A stretch of 64,000 nucleotides of DNA from Sphyrna mokarran (taxonomy: Eukaryota). The notes beneath the pieces were generated by a model. That model had not been told where the DNA came from and made no database searches. It saw only the letters and a program-made list of their open reading frames with translations. Below, one piece after another: positions 42,601 to 52,027 of the stretch (position 1 is its first letter; each line of letters opens with the position of its first letter). The translations under genes and the position numbers were made by a program. Location: assembly GCA_024679065.1 (NCBI GenBank), contig JAGIQG010000024.1, positions 19,158,001 through 19,222,000 on the forward strand, written 5' to 3'.

Positions 42601-45600
42601 GGAGGAACAATGTGGACAGGGAGTTGATTGATTAATAATTCTGAGAAACGAAAACCAGAGTTTTTTTCCTAATGGTGGATTCTGTAGCAGCCCATTTCCC
42701 TCCCTCCCACGAGTAAAATGTTTACATACAGAAGAGCAAAGGTGTTCAGATTTGCGTATGCGTGGGGCTTGTAATATAAAAAACACAATTACCATGTTCC
42801 ACCCTCCAGTAGGGTTACCCCAATGACTTCAATGAACACTGAGCCAGATACTCAGAGCTTATGGGGCAGGAGTAACCTTTCCCTCAATTATCCTCAAGGA
42901 ACTAACCTTTAGATAGTGATTTTCACATCTTCAGGTTATCCCAAAGTAGTTCACAGCCAACAAAATACAGTCAAACGTGACAGCCAATTTACACAAAGCC
43001 CAGTTCCATAAACAACTCCAAGATAAATGATCAGTTAATTGATGTGTTACTATTGGGCAGGAATAATTGCAATGGAAGAATGCTCTTGTTCTTTTGCTAA
43101 TAATCTCAAGGGATCTATTAATTTCTTGAATTCAGTGCTGATATCAACACACATGGGTTCACTGTTGATATCTACATTAAGCCACCATGTGTCTGCTTCC
43201 CATCAGCTCCTCACCAAATTCCCTCAACCTTATGGGCTTCTATCCTGCTTCACAGTATCACATGCCTGCTCCTGAAGCTGCACGTCAAACTTCTTCTCTG
43301 TTATTAACGGCAACTCAGCCTTCAAATGCTTAAAGAACTCTTTTATCTGTTCTTCTGAGCCTGTATTGTACTATAATGTATTGTAGGCATTCTATTCCCG
43401 TGCTCCCTGCTGATCCTCCACTCCATCCTTCTCCAATTTCAGAGTATGTGAAGTATCTTAGGAGTATATATTGATGCAAGTTCTTGGTGAACAGCCATCC
43501 TTCTCAAAAGGGCAATCTTCCTAATATGAGTAATGATGGAATGAATAATTTTGAAATGCCTCATATGCTGTACAATCTTAAAATTAGTTGCAGGTGCACT
43601 ATGTTTGAAAAGATACAAAGCAAAAGCACACCTAGAACACAAAAGCTTTCATGTTCAATATGCCAAGACAAGCAAGTCATGTAACTTTGAAAATATTGCA
43701 AATTCTTAATCTTTTTCCTCTCCAAAGAATGCAAAAGCAGAGAGAGATCAGTACCAGGACACCAAGATGAGATGATAATGGACCTCAGTGGAAAAAAATG
43801 TTTAAATTAGCTTCACTTACACATCCAACAGTTGCAAAATTGAATTTGAAGCAGCTTTTACAATGCAACTTCTTGGCTTATACAAAGATCTCCTTTTGAA
43901 ATACAAGCTCTCCTACTCCTTAACAGGTGAACATTGATATATCCTGCAGGGAATCTACCAAGACTATCCACGGAGTTATGATATTTAAGCAAATCATACA
44001 TCACCACACTGCAAGGACTAGGATTTTCAACATTGTAGCCTTAACAACTTGTATCTATCTATTACATAATGTGACATCACAGCTAACTATTAGGAATCAA
44101 TTTATTTGGAGACGAGGAATGCTGGCAGGGGACAGGCGGGGCGGGTCCAAGTGCTGGCAAGGAGGAGGCAGGGCTGCTCCCAGTGTTGTAGGGAGACAGG
44201 GCGGGTCCAAGTGTTGGAGGGAAATGGATTGAGTGCTGGAGGGAGATAGGGATGATCCCAGTGTTGGAGGGAGAGAGGCAGGCAGGGCTGGTCTGGGTGC
44301 TAGAAACAAGATGCAGCTTTTTTTTCTAAAATAAACACCCAAACAATGGCAACAATTTCAAAACAAAATACCCAACCACGTAAAACAAACAGTTCTAATT
44401 ATTTACTCACTATCGGTGAATGAATGATAAATTAGGAATCGAAAAAACATTCTTTGGATGAATCAGCTGATCTAATAAGAACATAAGTTCCAGAAATAGA
44501 GACCAGCCCATGAAGCCCACTAAATCCAGTCTATTTACATCAACATGTGGATTTGATGAAAAGGAACACACCAGCTGTTAGCACACACCACACCAATTGG
44601 TAATATATTTCAGAGTTTCACTAGTCTGTGAAAGAAAATGTCCAACATCCAGTCCACTCCTATTTATACTCAGTCTCTGTTCCTTCCCATTCTATTACTC
44701 TGAAATAATCAATCACCAGGTACCATAATTAAATAACTATATAATTATGTTGCAGAAATTTATTTGGTTACTTCTGCACCTATGCTGCTCTTAAGTAAGT
44801 GGACTGAGTGGGGAAGTTTTTTTTTAAAGCTAAGAATTGCTCTTGGGACTCTCCTTATAGGAGCTGAGTATATTCTAATGGGGCTGTAATGGTGGCACAG
44901 TGGTTCGCACTGCTGCCTCACAGCACCAGGGCCCAGGGTTTGATTCTCGGCTTGAGTCACCATGTGGAGTTTGCATGCTCTACCCGTATCTGCGTGGGTT
45001 TTCTCTGGGCACTCGGGTTCCCTCTCAGTCTGAAAGATATGCTGGTTAGGTGTATGGGCCATGCTAAATTCTCTCCCAGTATACCCAAACAGGCGCCGGA
45101 GTGTGGTAACCAGGGGTTTTCATAGAAACTTAATTGTATTATTAATGTAAGCTTACTTGTGACACAAATAAATTGTATAAACTTTCCTTCTAATCAATAT
45201 CTGTGGATATCAGCAAGTGCTGGTATTTTCAGCAAAGCGGGAGGGGGAAGAAAATTGGCAGAGAAAGCAAGAAATCTCTGTAAGTAGATCTTAAAAACAT
45301 GCTTCCCTGTGAAGAGAGTCAATGCCATTCACAAATGTAACACAAAATTGAAGATCATTATATACCTATCTCATTTCCACATATTTGCTGTCCACTTTCC
45401 TGTATCAATTTAAACCACAAACACAACACAAATCTCACATCTAGAGAAAGCTTTAAAGGCAGAAATTTGCTTAACATTAGCTGGCAAATTCATATTAAAT
45501 AATTGTTTCAAAAATTCGAGCCAAAAGCATACAAGCCATTGTTTCTGCCTCTCTGGTAGCAGACAGTGTGCATCTCTTTTATACAATCAATTAATAGCAC

Positions 45601-47160
45601 TACTTTTCATAAAGGCCAAAAAGATTTGCAAGTTCTTCCAGAAAAATGCAGATTCCAGAAATACAATCCTCAGAACAAGCAAGCATCCTGGAATTTCGTG
45701 TTTCCAAAATACAAGGTTAAATTTGACTCCGACACATGTGTCCCACAAATCCATCAATCTCTTAACTAATAACCAGGGAATTTTATCCAGAGGTGATGAC
45801 TGTTTTACTGTGACATTGGATGGGGCCCACTTTCAGAAATTACAATGAAAATCAATCTAAAAAAAAGACCTAGATCCCATGCCCAGCGAGGCATGATCAA
45901 CAGTTTAAACTTTTGAGGGGAAAAAAACCTCTTTCCTCTTGCAAACATTCTCCTTGTCAATCACATGAAGCAGCTTTACTTCAAGAACTGATCATTCATT
46001 AATTCTGTCACAACTATAAAGTTGAACTTTATTTAGTAGTCACAAAAAGGACTACATCAATACTGCAATAAAGTTACTGTGAAAAATTTCTAGTCGCCAC
46101 ATTCCAGCACCAGTTCAGGTACACAGAGAAAATTTAGCATGGTCAATGCACCTAACCAGGACGAGTCTCAGTCTGTGCTAGGAAATTGGAGCATCAGGAG
46201 GAAACTCACGCAGACACAAGGAGAATGTGCAGATTCCACTTGGACAGTGACCCAAGTTGAGAATCAAACCCAGGATCCTGGTGTTGAGAAGCGGCAGTGC
46301 TAACCAGTGTGTCACCGTGCTGCCCCAATTGCTAAAACAATAACTTGCATTTATATAGGACATTTAACATAGTAAACACAATCAAGGTGTTTCACAGGAA
46401 TATTATAAATTTTTAAACATCAAGCCACATAAGGAGACAAGTGAAAACAAACATTATCAACGTTACCAAAACCTTCTATAATTTTAAAAAATCTCAAGGA
46501 AAGAGACCCCTTTTTCATCTTGTTCTGGTAGTTATTCTTTACATTTCTGGTAAAATCCTTGGATAAAGCAGGAAGTTTTGTGAAGAATTTTAATTGCGAG
46601 GTAGAGGGGCAGAAATAAAAGAGGAGAAATTCCAGAGCTTCGGACTCTGGACACCTGAAGACAAGGCCAGCAATAGTGGAATGAAGGAAACCAGGGATGC
46701 GCAAGGGGCCAGAATTGGGGGATGAAATAATTCAGAGAAAGGCAAATTAGTGGGATGTGCATCGTCTGAGAAAAGGGAACCATTTTCACGCTGTATCCTG
46801 AAGTTGCAATTTGCTAGGTCCGAGGGAGAATGGTTGTTTTCAATATAAATAAAATCGTTATGCAGAAAACATCGTTCTTGCTGGCTTGCACAGCTAGTAG
46901 AATATCTGGGCTCATTTGCACCACACAGTTCAGCTTACTAAAGATCTAAAAACATATCTTAATTTCTTAACACAGGCATGCCATCGAGTGAAATCTGATA
47001 CACAGCAGCTTTTCACAGCCCTTGAATTCCTATCGCCAGATCAGTTCACCTGCACCAGAATGGTGTAACATCACCCAAGTAAATTGAATGCTCTGTCTGT
47101 TATACAGCACTTACCACAAATGGCTGCCTCAGGCACCTTCGTAAAGGAAGCCTGTCCCAT
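625..47160 (-). CDS. PHACTR4: PHACTR4-like phosphatase and actin regulator, spliced CDS, 9 exons in window, 3' end missing
   Basis: Exons 47115-47160, 38474-38641, 20664-20744, 14328-14522, 10222-10578, 7935-8487, 2401-2606, 1862-2018 and 625-680 join in frame with matching intron phases (1,1,1,1,1,2,1,2). Motifs [66 protein letters not shown] and [18 protein letters not shown] match PHACTR4 as I recall it, better than PHACTR1-3. Confidence 0.93.
1268..1710 (-). mobile_element. Deu-domain SINE (SacSINE1/AmnSINE-like), decayed
   Basis: tRNA-like head at about 1650-1708 on minus, and Deu-domain words (gccattatttatccctcaaccaacatcact). Related decayed copies at about 6520-6730, 34220-34570, 35790-36060, 42900-43120 and 63740-64000. 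Confidence 0.65.
1862..2018 (-). CDS. PHACTR4: PHACTR4 exon encoding RPEL2 ([21 protein letters not shown])
   Basis: ttctgtttag| acceptor, CAG|GTAGGT donor, 157 nt, phase 1-2. Confidence 0.95.
2401..2606 (-). CDS. PHACTR4: PHACTR4 acidic exon ([15 protein letters not shown] ... [24 protein letters not shown])
   Basis: acctag| acceptor, constrained by an in-frame TGA at 2615-2617; CCA|GTATGT donor; 206 nt, phase 2-1. Missed by the ORF track. Confidence 0.9.
2969..3291 (+). mobile_element. tRNA-derived V-SINE (HE1-like) with CR1-type tail
   Basis: A-box tggttagcactgctgcc, B-box ggttcgattc, V-domain tttcttctgggtgctccagtttt, tail gggccaaatgccctattctgcattgtaggaattctgtg; inserted in a CR1 remnant. 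Confidence 0.85.
3676..4012. mobile_element. Penelope-derived fold-back element, family B, with decayed hammerhead motifs and captured spacer
   Basis: Arm aatgctggaaaatctcagcacgtctgacagcatctgtgg is inverted at about 3881-3975; motif agctCTGTTGAagggttatccagactcAAAACGTTggct. Penelope origin inferred from motif architecture only. Confidence 0.7.
4949..5080. mobile_element. Penelope-derived fold-back fragment, family A
   Basis: 70-bp imperfect palindrome 5011-5080 centred on cacaAGCTtgtg; shares gtaagaaatctcacaacaccag with other family A copies. Confidence 0.75.
5248..5352. mobile_element. Penelope-derived fold-back fragment, family A (short, ribozyme part absent)
   Basis: gtaagaagtttcacaataccaagttaaa ... 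tttaatctggtgttgtgagaattcttac inverted arms. Confidence 0.7.
6900..7775 (-). mobile_element. CR1 LINE, 3' part of ORF2 and tail
   Basis: Translations [10 protein letters not shown] and [17 protein letters not shown] with frameshifts; CR1-type 3' end. Confidence 0.9.
7935..8487 (-). CDS. PHACTR4: PHACTR4 exon, Pro-rich middle region (AELSH ... [10 protein letters not shown] ... LEKLK)
   Basis: gtttcag| acceptor, ATG|GTGAGT donor, 553 nt, phase 1-2; within ORF 7931..8506. Confidence 0.92.
9680..9846 (+). mobile_element. Penelope-derived family A element inserted into a CR1 remnant, with target-site duplication
   Basis: Motif tcacCTGGTGAatgagcagagctctGAAAGCTC; flanked by catgtactattgaa (9666-9679) and catgtacaattgaa (9843-9856). 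Confidence 0.75.
10222..10578 (-). CDS. PHACTR4: PHACTR4 exon, Pro/Thr-rich region (LLPPKR ... [18 protein letters not shown])
   Basis: ttttttatatag|cag tandem acceptor, TTG|GTAAGT donor, 357 nt; contains an ACC/ATC triplet tract coding poly-Thr. Confidence 0.92.
10957..12262 (-). mobile_element. V-SINE split by a CR1 insertion (halves about 10957-11190 and 12172-12262)
   Basis: The SINE tail and body stop at ggagaatgtgcaaacg and resume at cacataga...gcagcagtgctaaccattg after the CR1. Confidence 0.75.
11200..12168 (+). mobile_element. CR1 LINE ORF2 fragment with internal deletion
   Basis: [17 protein letters not shown], then a direct jump to [15 protein letters not shown]; most of the RT domain is deleted; CR1 3' tail. 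Confidence 0.88.
12263..13735 (+). mobile_element. CR1 LINE, 5'-truncated ORF2 (RT) pseudogene
   Basis: [27 protein letters not shown] and [17 protein letters not shown] in successive frames. Confidence 0.92.
14328..14522 (-). CDS. PHACTR4: PHACTR4 exon ([19 protein letters not shown]...)
   Basis: ttcttccattcttcag| acceptor, AAG|GTAAGA donor, 195 nt, phase 1-1. Confidence 0.92.
16275..16820 (+). mobile_element. CR1 3' fragment, old
   Basis: Decayed CR1 C-terminal coding words and tail gagcaggctcaataggccaaatggctattcctg. Confidence 0.7.
20664..20744 (-). CDS. PHACTR4: PHACTR4 exon encoding RPEL1 ([27 protein letters not shown])
   Basis: ttccag| acceptor, 81 nt, non-canonical donor AAG|GCAAGT; phase 1-1. 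Confidence 0.92.
21073..21418 (+). mobile_element. V-SINE (HE1-like), full length, CR1-type tail
   Basis: A/B boxes, V-domain, tail gggccagatggcctttttctgcactatagcgtttctatg. Confidence 0.88.
23874..24383 (+). mobile_element. Composite retroelement 3' module (unique segment + V-SINE body + CR1-like tail), copy 1
   Basis: Highly similar to 30476-31003. Confidence 0.75.
26024..26313. mobile_element. Penelope-derived family A hairpin, 126-bp arms, 8-nt loop, hammerhead motif in each arm
   Basis: Arms 26054-26179 and 26188-26313 are ungapped, with 11 mismatches by manual count; TSD-like accagatagg (26014-26023) and accaaatagg (26312-26321). Confidence 0.85.
26108..26145 (-). ncRNA. Minimal type I hammerhead ribozyme motif (Penelope-associated), sense to PHACTR4 pre-mRNA
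   Basis: uucac CUGAUGA A GGG acaaac CCC GAAA GC UU augag; core intact, stem I has a mismatch next to the cleavage site. Activity not shown. Confidence 0.6.
29015..29272 (-). mobile_element. V-SINE with second tail type (ttttcacagtaacttcatt...aataaa)
   Basis: Same head and V-domain as HE1-like copies, different 3' tail. Other copies at about 33757-34017(-), 39633-39882(+), 39921-40196(+), 44881-45185(+), 46025-46326(-) and 49950-50232(+). Confidence 0.8.
29945..30150. mobile_element. Penelope-derived family A hairpin, 81-bp arms
   Basis: Arms 29949-30029 and 30043-30123; minus-strand motif ucacCUGAUGA A GACC agag GGUC AAAA GCUU gugag. Confidence 0.82.
30240..31003 (+). mobile_element. CR1-like 3' coding end continuing into the composite module, copy 2
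   Basis: RDHGLRVRG...[15 protein letters not shown] followed directly by the module shared with 23874-24383. Confidence 0.75.
31955..32249 (-). mobile_element. V-SINE, CR1-type tail, decayed
   Basis: Reverse-complement head (gcagcagcactaagcactatgccaccatgctg) and tail (ctctacagtgcagaaggaggcc). Confidence 0.75.
34880..35760 (-). mobile_element. CR1 3' fragment, decayed
   Basis: Reverse-complement CR1 RT C-terminal words (tactccaggtgcagttacaccaacaccctgcacag). Confidence 0.7.
37037..37550 (+). mobile_element. Second tRNA-derived SINE family, interrupted by a Penelope hairpin and nested in a CR1 remnant
   Basis: Head ggtagtgtagtgataatg...ggattcaaaaccc, body aaaacccatctggttcactagtgtctttaagggaagg (also at about 4665-4950), tail ctcagttcaaggcaattaggatgg. 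Confidence 0.6.
37310..37490. mobile_element. Penelope-derived fold-back element, family B
   Basis: gaaaacagaaaatgctggaaaatctcagcaggcctgacagcatctgtg ... cacagatgctatcagactgctgagttttccagcattttcctgttttc; centre cccttagtcagagctgaaggg. Confidence 0.72.
38474..38641 (-). CDS. PHACTR4: PHACTR4 exon, conserved basic/aromatic N-terminal segment ([22 protein letters not shown])
   Basis: tgcag| acceptor, CAG|GTAAGA donor, 168 nt, phase 1-1; within ORF 38436..38675. Confidence 0.95.
38845..39200 (+). repeat. Purine-rich low-complexity tract
   Basis: G/A-dominated sequence with several G-runs, about 200-560 nt upstream of the exon 2 acceptor. Confidence 0.75.
44117..44302 (+). repeat. Degenerate G-rich minisatellite (units of about 22-36 nt starting agtg(c/t)tgg)
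   Basis: About 6-7 units; gggcgggtccaagtg occurs twice. Confidence 0.75.
46345..46780 (-). mobile_element. L2-clade LINE 3' fragment
   Basis: Same family as 58130-58630 (agccacataaggaga ... aattccag). Confidence 0.55.
47115..47160 (-). CDS. PHACTR4: PHACTR4 first coding exon ([15 protein letters not shown])
   Basis: agaATGG strong Kozak, 46 coding nt, donor TGTG|GTAAGT in phase 1 fits the next exon. Resembles the MGQ-type N-terminal isoforms of PHACTR2/4. Too short for the ORF track. Confidence 0.8.
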
Positions 47161-47859
47161 TCTAAACTTTCTGCCTCTGCTATTTATCTTGACAATCATG
47201 TAGTCCCAGGATTGTTGTCAATGTGGAAAACTAAGGGCTGCATGATTCAGTCTCGTCCAAGTGTTACGCTTAGCAGCTTGACTCATTCTAAATCCTCAGG
47301 GGCTGTCCTGGGTTCATAAATAAGGTAATCTTACTACTTCCCTTCTCAGATGAACGCCCATCATTCCTCAATGCAGATTACTTGAAGTCAGAGGTTAAAG
47401 GGGGAGGGGATTTGATCCACAAATAGAATGCTTTGCTACTGACACTGTGGGTGTGGGTTTGTGTCCCCATGGGTGTGCGCATATGTGTCTGTGTCTCCAC
47501 CCACCACTGGATTCTTATGTAAACATTCTGCTGTATCCAGGTCCTGCAACAAATATACTTAAACACTAACTCTTTAGTGCTCTGAACAGAGACAGTATTC
47601 TAGTAATAAATCCTTCATTAGTGACCGCCATTCATTATTTTTCTACTGGTCCCCATCCTGTAACACTCTGGAGGCAGAACTGGGAACATGGGGAAGTTAA
47701 CACTTCCAAAACGATTCCTGCACATCTGTGCCTCTAACTTTAAAACAAAGAGCACTTGTACTTCCAGTACGGGGCCACTGCAGTCAAAAATTCTGAAGCA
47801 TTCTTATAACACAGAAACTTTAACTGTATCGGTTAACAAGCTTGAGTAGTACTGAAGGA

Positions 47860-49610
47860 TTACCGTATAGAAGCAGCAGTAGACCATTCCACCCCTCAAA
47901 CCTGCTCTGTCATTCAACTAAACAATGATTAATCTTCTGCTAAACATTGGTCTCCCTCGCTGTCGCCAATCCCTTGATAATAATGAAAAATCTACCATAG
48001 AGTCAGAGGTTTACAACATGGAAATAAGCCCTTCAGTCCAACGTGTTCACACTACCCTTTTCTTTAAATGGTGAGCTAGTCCCAATTGCCTTGGCCCATA
48101 TCCCTCGATAGCCATCTTACTCATGTAACTGACAAAATGTTTTTTTAAAGACAAACGTACCACCTCTACTGCCACTGCTGGCAGCTTGTTCAAGACCTCA
48201 CTACCCACTGTGTGAAAAAAAATTGCCCCTCTGGATTATTTTGCATCTCTCCCTTTTCACCTTAAATCTGTTCCATCCAATTTTAGGCTCCCCTAAATAT
48301 TGATTATTTAGCGGATCTATGCCCTTCACTGTTTTATAGACCTCGACAAGATTACCCCTAAGCCTTCTATGCTTCAGAGAAAAAAGTCCCAGTCTGTCCA
48401 ACCTCTCCTTATAATTCAATCATCAAGTCCTGGCAGCATCCTAGTAAAGCTTTTCTGCACTCTTTCTAGTTTAATAATATTCTTTTTGTAATAGGGTGAC
48501 CAGAACTGTACACAATATTCCAAGTGTGGCCTTCCCAATATCTTGTACAACTTCAACAAGACATACCAATGTTTTGTTAACAAAACGAAGGTGATTGTCA
48601 CTGACTTCAGGAAGCATAAAGGAGAACATGCCCTGGAGACATCAATGGGGACCAAGTGGAAAGATCGAGGTCTTCAAGTTTTTAAGTTGCTCAGATCACC
48701 TGTCCTGGTCCCTCCATGCTGACACTACAGTTAAGAAAGTCCAGCAACATCTCTACTTTCTCAAAGGACTAAGGAAATTTGGCCTGTCAGCTGTGACTCT
48801 CACCAACTTTTACAGATGCACCATAGAAAGCATTCTTTCTGGTTATATCACATCTTGGTACGGCTCCTGGTCTGCCCAAGACCGCAAGGATCTACAAAAT
48901 GTCGTTAATGTAGCCCAATCCATTACACAAACCAGCCTCCCATCCACTGTCTCTGTCTGTACTTCCTGCTGCCTCAGCAAAGCAGTCAGCATAATTAAGA
49001 ACCCTGAGCACCCCGTTCATTCTCTCTTCTACCTTCTTCTGTAGGGAAAAAGATACAGAAGTCTGAGGTCACATACCAGCCGACTCAAGAACAGCTTCTT
49101 CCCTGCTGCTATCACATTTTTGACTGGATTTACTTTGCATTAAGTTGATCTTTCTCTACACCGTAGCTATGATTGTAATACTACATTCTGCACTCTCTCG
49201 TTTCCTTCTCTATGAACCGTATGCTTTGTCTGTATAGCATGCTAGAAACAATACTTTTCACTGTAATATTAACACATGCGACAATAATAAATCAAATCAA
49301 CTCCTGTATCCAGTGAAACCTGAATGACTTCTTCACCACTCTGTCCACCTGTGACTCCACTTTCAAGGAGCTATCAATTGCAGTCTTATACATGCTCAGT
49401 GACTGAACCCCCACAGCTCTTTGGGGCAGAGAATTTCAAAGATTCACCATCCTCTGTGCAAAAAAATTCTTCCTCATCTTAGTCCTAAATGATCTACCTC
49501 AGATTCAGAAACCGTCTCCCCTGATTCTAGATACCTCTCTCCTTGCCCTCACTAGGGGAAGCATCCTTTCTACACCTAGCCTGTCAAAACCTATAAGAAT
49601 GATTAGAGAT
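47860..49610 (-). mobile_element. Nested CR1-in-CR1 cluster hosting a Rex1/Babar insert
   Basis: Outer CR1 tail 47860-47995 resumes at about 49390. Inner CR1 47996-48575 (LYKILGRPHLEYCVQFWSP) resumes at about 49300. Confidence 0.75.
48576..49300 (+). mobile_element. Rex1/Babar LINE, 5'-truncated
   Basis: ORF 48595..49044 includes KKVQQHLYFLKGLRKFG and LTNFYRCTIESILSGYITSWYG, typical of the Rex1 C-terminus; tail gacaataataaatcaaatcaa. Confidence 0.88.
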
Positions 49611-50477
49611 TATCCTGGGAATTATATCATCAGAGGTGCCATTTTTCAGATGACACATTAAATGAGATCTGAGTTATCTGCTTAAGGTGGATGAAGGTGA
49701 TCTTAAGGCACTATCTTGAAAAGAAAAAAACCTACATTTATATTTGCAGAAGTGGGGAGAGAGAAAAACATGACTCATACAACATGCAGAGGGGTTCAGG
49801 GAAATAATCCTAGCGTTCAGGACCTAGGCATAGAATTACACAGTATATTCAGCACAGAACACACTAGTGAATCAATCTAGTTGTGCTGGCATTTAGGCTC
49901 CGTACATAATTCATACCATTTAGCATTTCTTCCTGTTCCTTTCTCATTGTGGACAGCATGGTAACACAACGTTAATGTCTCACAGCACCAGGAACCTGGA
50001 TTTGATTCCTGGCTTGGGTTACTGTCTGCATGTTCTCCCCGTGTCTGCACGTGTTTTCTCCGGGTGCTCAGGTTTCCTCCCAAAGACACGTTGGTTAGAT
50101 GCATTGGCCATGCTAAATTCTCCCTCAGTGTACCCGAACAGGCGCCAGAGTATAGCGACTAGAGAATTTTCACAGTAACTTCACTGCAATGTTAATGTAA
50201 GCCTACATGCAACACTAATAAATAAACTTTAAACCTCGCCTAGTTACATTCTTACACCCCATGGAAATGGAATGGGAAACAGAGAGACGAGAAAGAGTGA
50301 AGGGAATGGATATGAGGCAGAGTCAGCGGAATAGAGAACCTGTGAAGTGGGTTGAGGGGATTCTTGGACTGGAGATTTTAAAGAGAGGAAGAGGAACATG
50401 CCATGAATGTATTTAAACATAGTGGAAAATTTTAAGTTTGAGGATACTAGGAATTTGAAGCCAACGTAGGTCACTGA

Positions 50478-50644
50478 TAGGATGACCAGATTTTCAAAAG
50501 CCAAAACTATGGTACACTGAAATGCCTTGGGCAAGTGGAGTGTCTTGTTATTGACACGTGGGATGACCAAAGGCAGAAGTCTGGAGATACTGCAGTTGAG
50601 TGTGGGAAATCATGTGGCGACATTTCCCAGAATTAGCAATCCTA
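50478..50644. mobile_element. Possible hAT/Blackjack-type non-autonomous DNA element
   Basis: Imperfect TIRs taggatgacca ... tagcaatccta; no clear 8-bp TSD. Confidence 0.3.
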
Positions 50645-50716
50645 TTAAGGCACCCAGTTATTGAAGAGAGCAATTATGAACCACAGACTTTTATTTCAAT
50701 GACATTTCTCCTCAGA

Positions 50717-51060
50717 CAAAAAACAGAAAATGCTGGAAAATCTCAGCATGTCTGACAGCACCTGTGGAGAGACAATAAAGCTAATGTTGAGAGCAGAGAA
50801 AATCAGAAGAGATTTATAGTATGAGGGTGGGGGGTGGGGGCGGGCTTTGATTGGACAAATGGAATGTAAATAAGAATGAAGGAAGCTGAGGAAGGTGCTA
50901 AGAGTGTCTATTAAATGATAAGAACGTGTAAATGGCAGAAGAGGTACAGATAGTTAAGTCTTTAAGTCTTTAAAGGGTAAATGGAGATTGGGAATGGAGA
51001 AGTGAAAACATTTAAGTGAGAAAGGAGGATGACAAAAATTTCTGCCTCATCCTCTTTCAA
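50717..51060 (-). mobile_element. Penelope family B single arm with internal sequence
   Basis: aaaacagaaaatgctggaaaatctcagcatgtctgacagcacctgtggagag with no inverted partner; right boundary uncertain. Confidence 0.55.
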
Positions 51061-51234
51061 AATAAAAGAAGAGTTTGTTCATCACAAGACCCCTGCTAGA
51101 ATTGTTCTCGTTGTTCAACGAAGCGAGTGGAGAGAAGGTTAGAGAGAGTAAAGGTAAGCAATTGACTTTGTAAAGTTTTTTTTGCGGGCTTTAATGGAAA
51201 TCCAGTTTTAAAAGTTAAACACGAAGTGGAGCGT

Positions 51235-51671
51235 GGGGGGCGGAGGAGGAAGGAGGAGGGGGGAGGGGCGAGGAGGGGGAGAGGGGGGAGAGGGGGGAGG
51301 AGGGGGGAGGGGGGGGGGGAAGGAGGAGGGGGGGAGGGGGGGGGAGGGGGGGGAGGGGGGGGGGAGGGGGGGGAGGGGGGGGAGGGGGGGGAGGGGAAGG
51401 GGGGGGAGGGGGGGGAGGGGGGAAGGGGGGGGAGGGGAGGGGGGGGAGAGGGGGGGGAAGAGGGGGGGGAGAGGGGGGGGAGGAGGGGAGGAGGAGGAGG
51501 AGGAGGGAGGAGGAGGGGGGAGGAGGGGGGAGGGGCAAGGAGAGGGGGGAGGGGAAGGAGGGGGAGGGCAAGGAGGGGGAGGGGCAAGGAGGGGGGAGGG
51601 GCAGGAGGGGGAGGGGCAAGGAGGGGGAGGGGCAAGGAGGGGGAGGGGCAAGGAGGGGGAGGGGCAAGGAG
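51235..51671 (+). repeat. Poly-purine (G/A) tract ending in about 16-nt GGGGCAAGGAGGGGGA tandem units
   Basis: Almost pure G/A for about 430 nt, running into the gap. Confidence 0.9.
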
Positions 51672-52027
51672 NNNNNNNNNNNNNNNNNNNNNNNNNNNNN
51701 NNNNNNNNNNNNNNNNNNNNNNNNNNNNNNNNNNNNNNNNNNNNNNNNNNNNNNNNNNNNNNNNNNNNNNNNNNNNNNNNNNNNNNNNNNNNNNNNNNNN
51801 NNNNNNNNNNNNNNNNNNNNNNNNNNNNNNNNNNNNNNNNNNNNNNNNNNNNNNNNNNNNNNNNNNNNNNNNNNNNNNNNNNNNNNNNNNNNNNNNNNNN
51901 NNNNNNNNNNNNNNNNNNNNNNNNNNNNNNNNNNNNNNNNNNNNNNNNNNNNNNNNNNNNNNNNNNNNNNNNNNNNNNNNNNNNNNNNNNNNNNNNNNNN
52001 NNNNNNNNNNNNNNNNNNNNNNNNNNN
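51672..52027. other. Assembly gap (356 N)
   Basis: Run of n. Confidence 0.99.
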
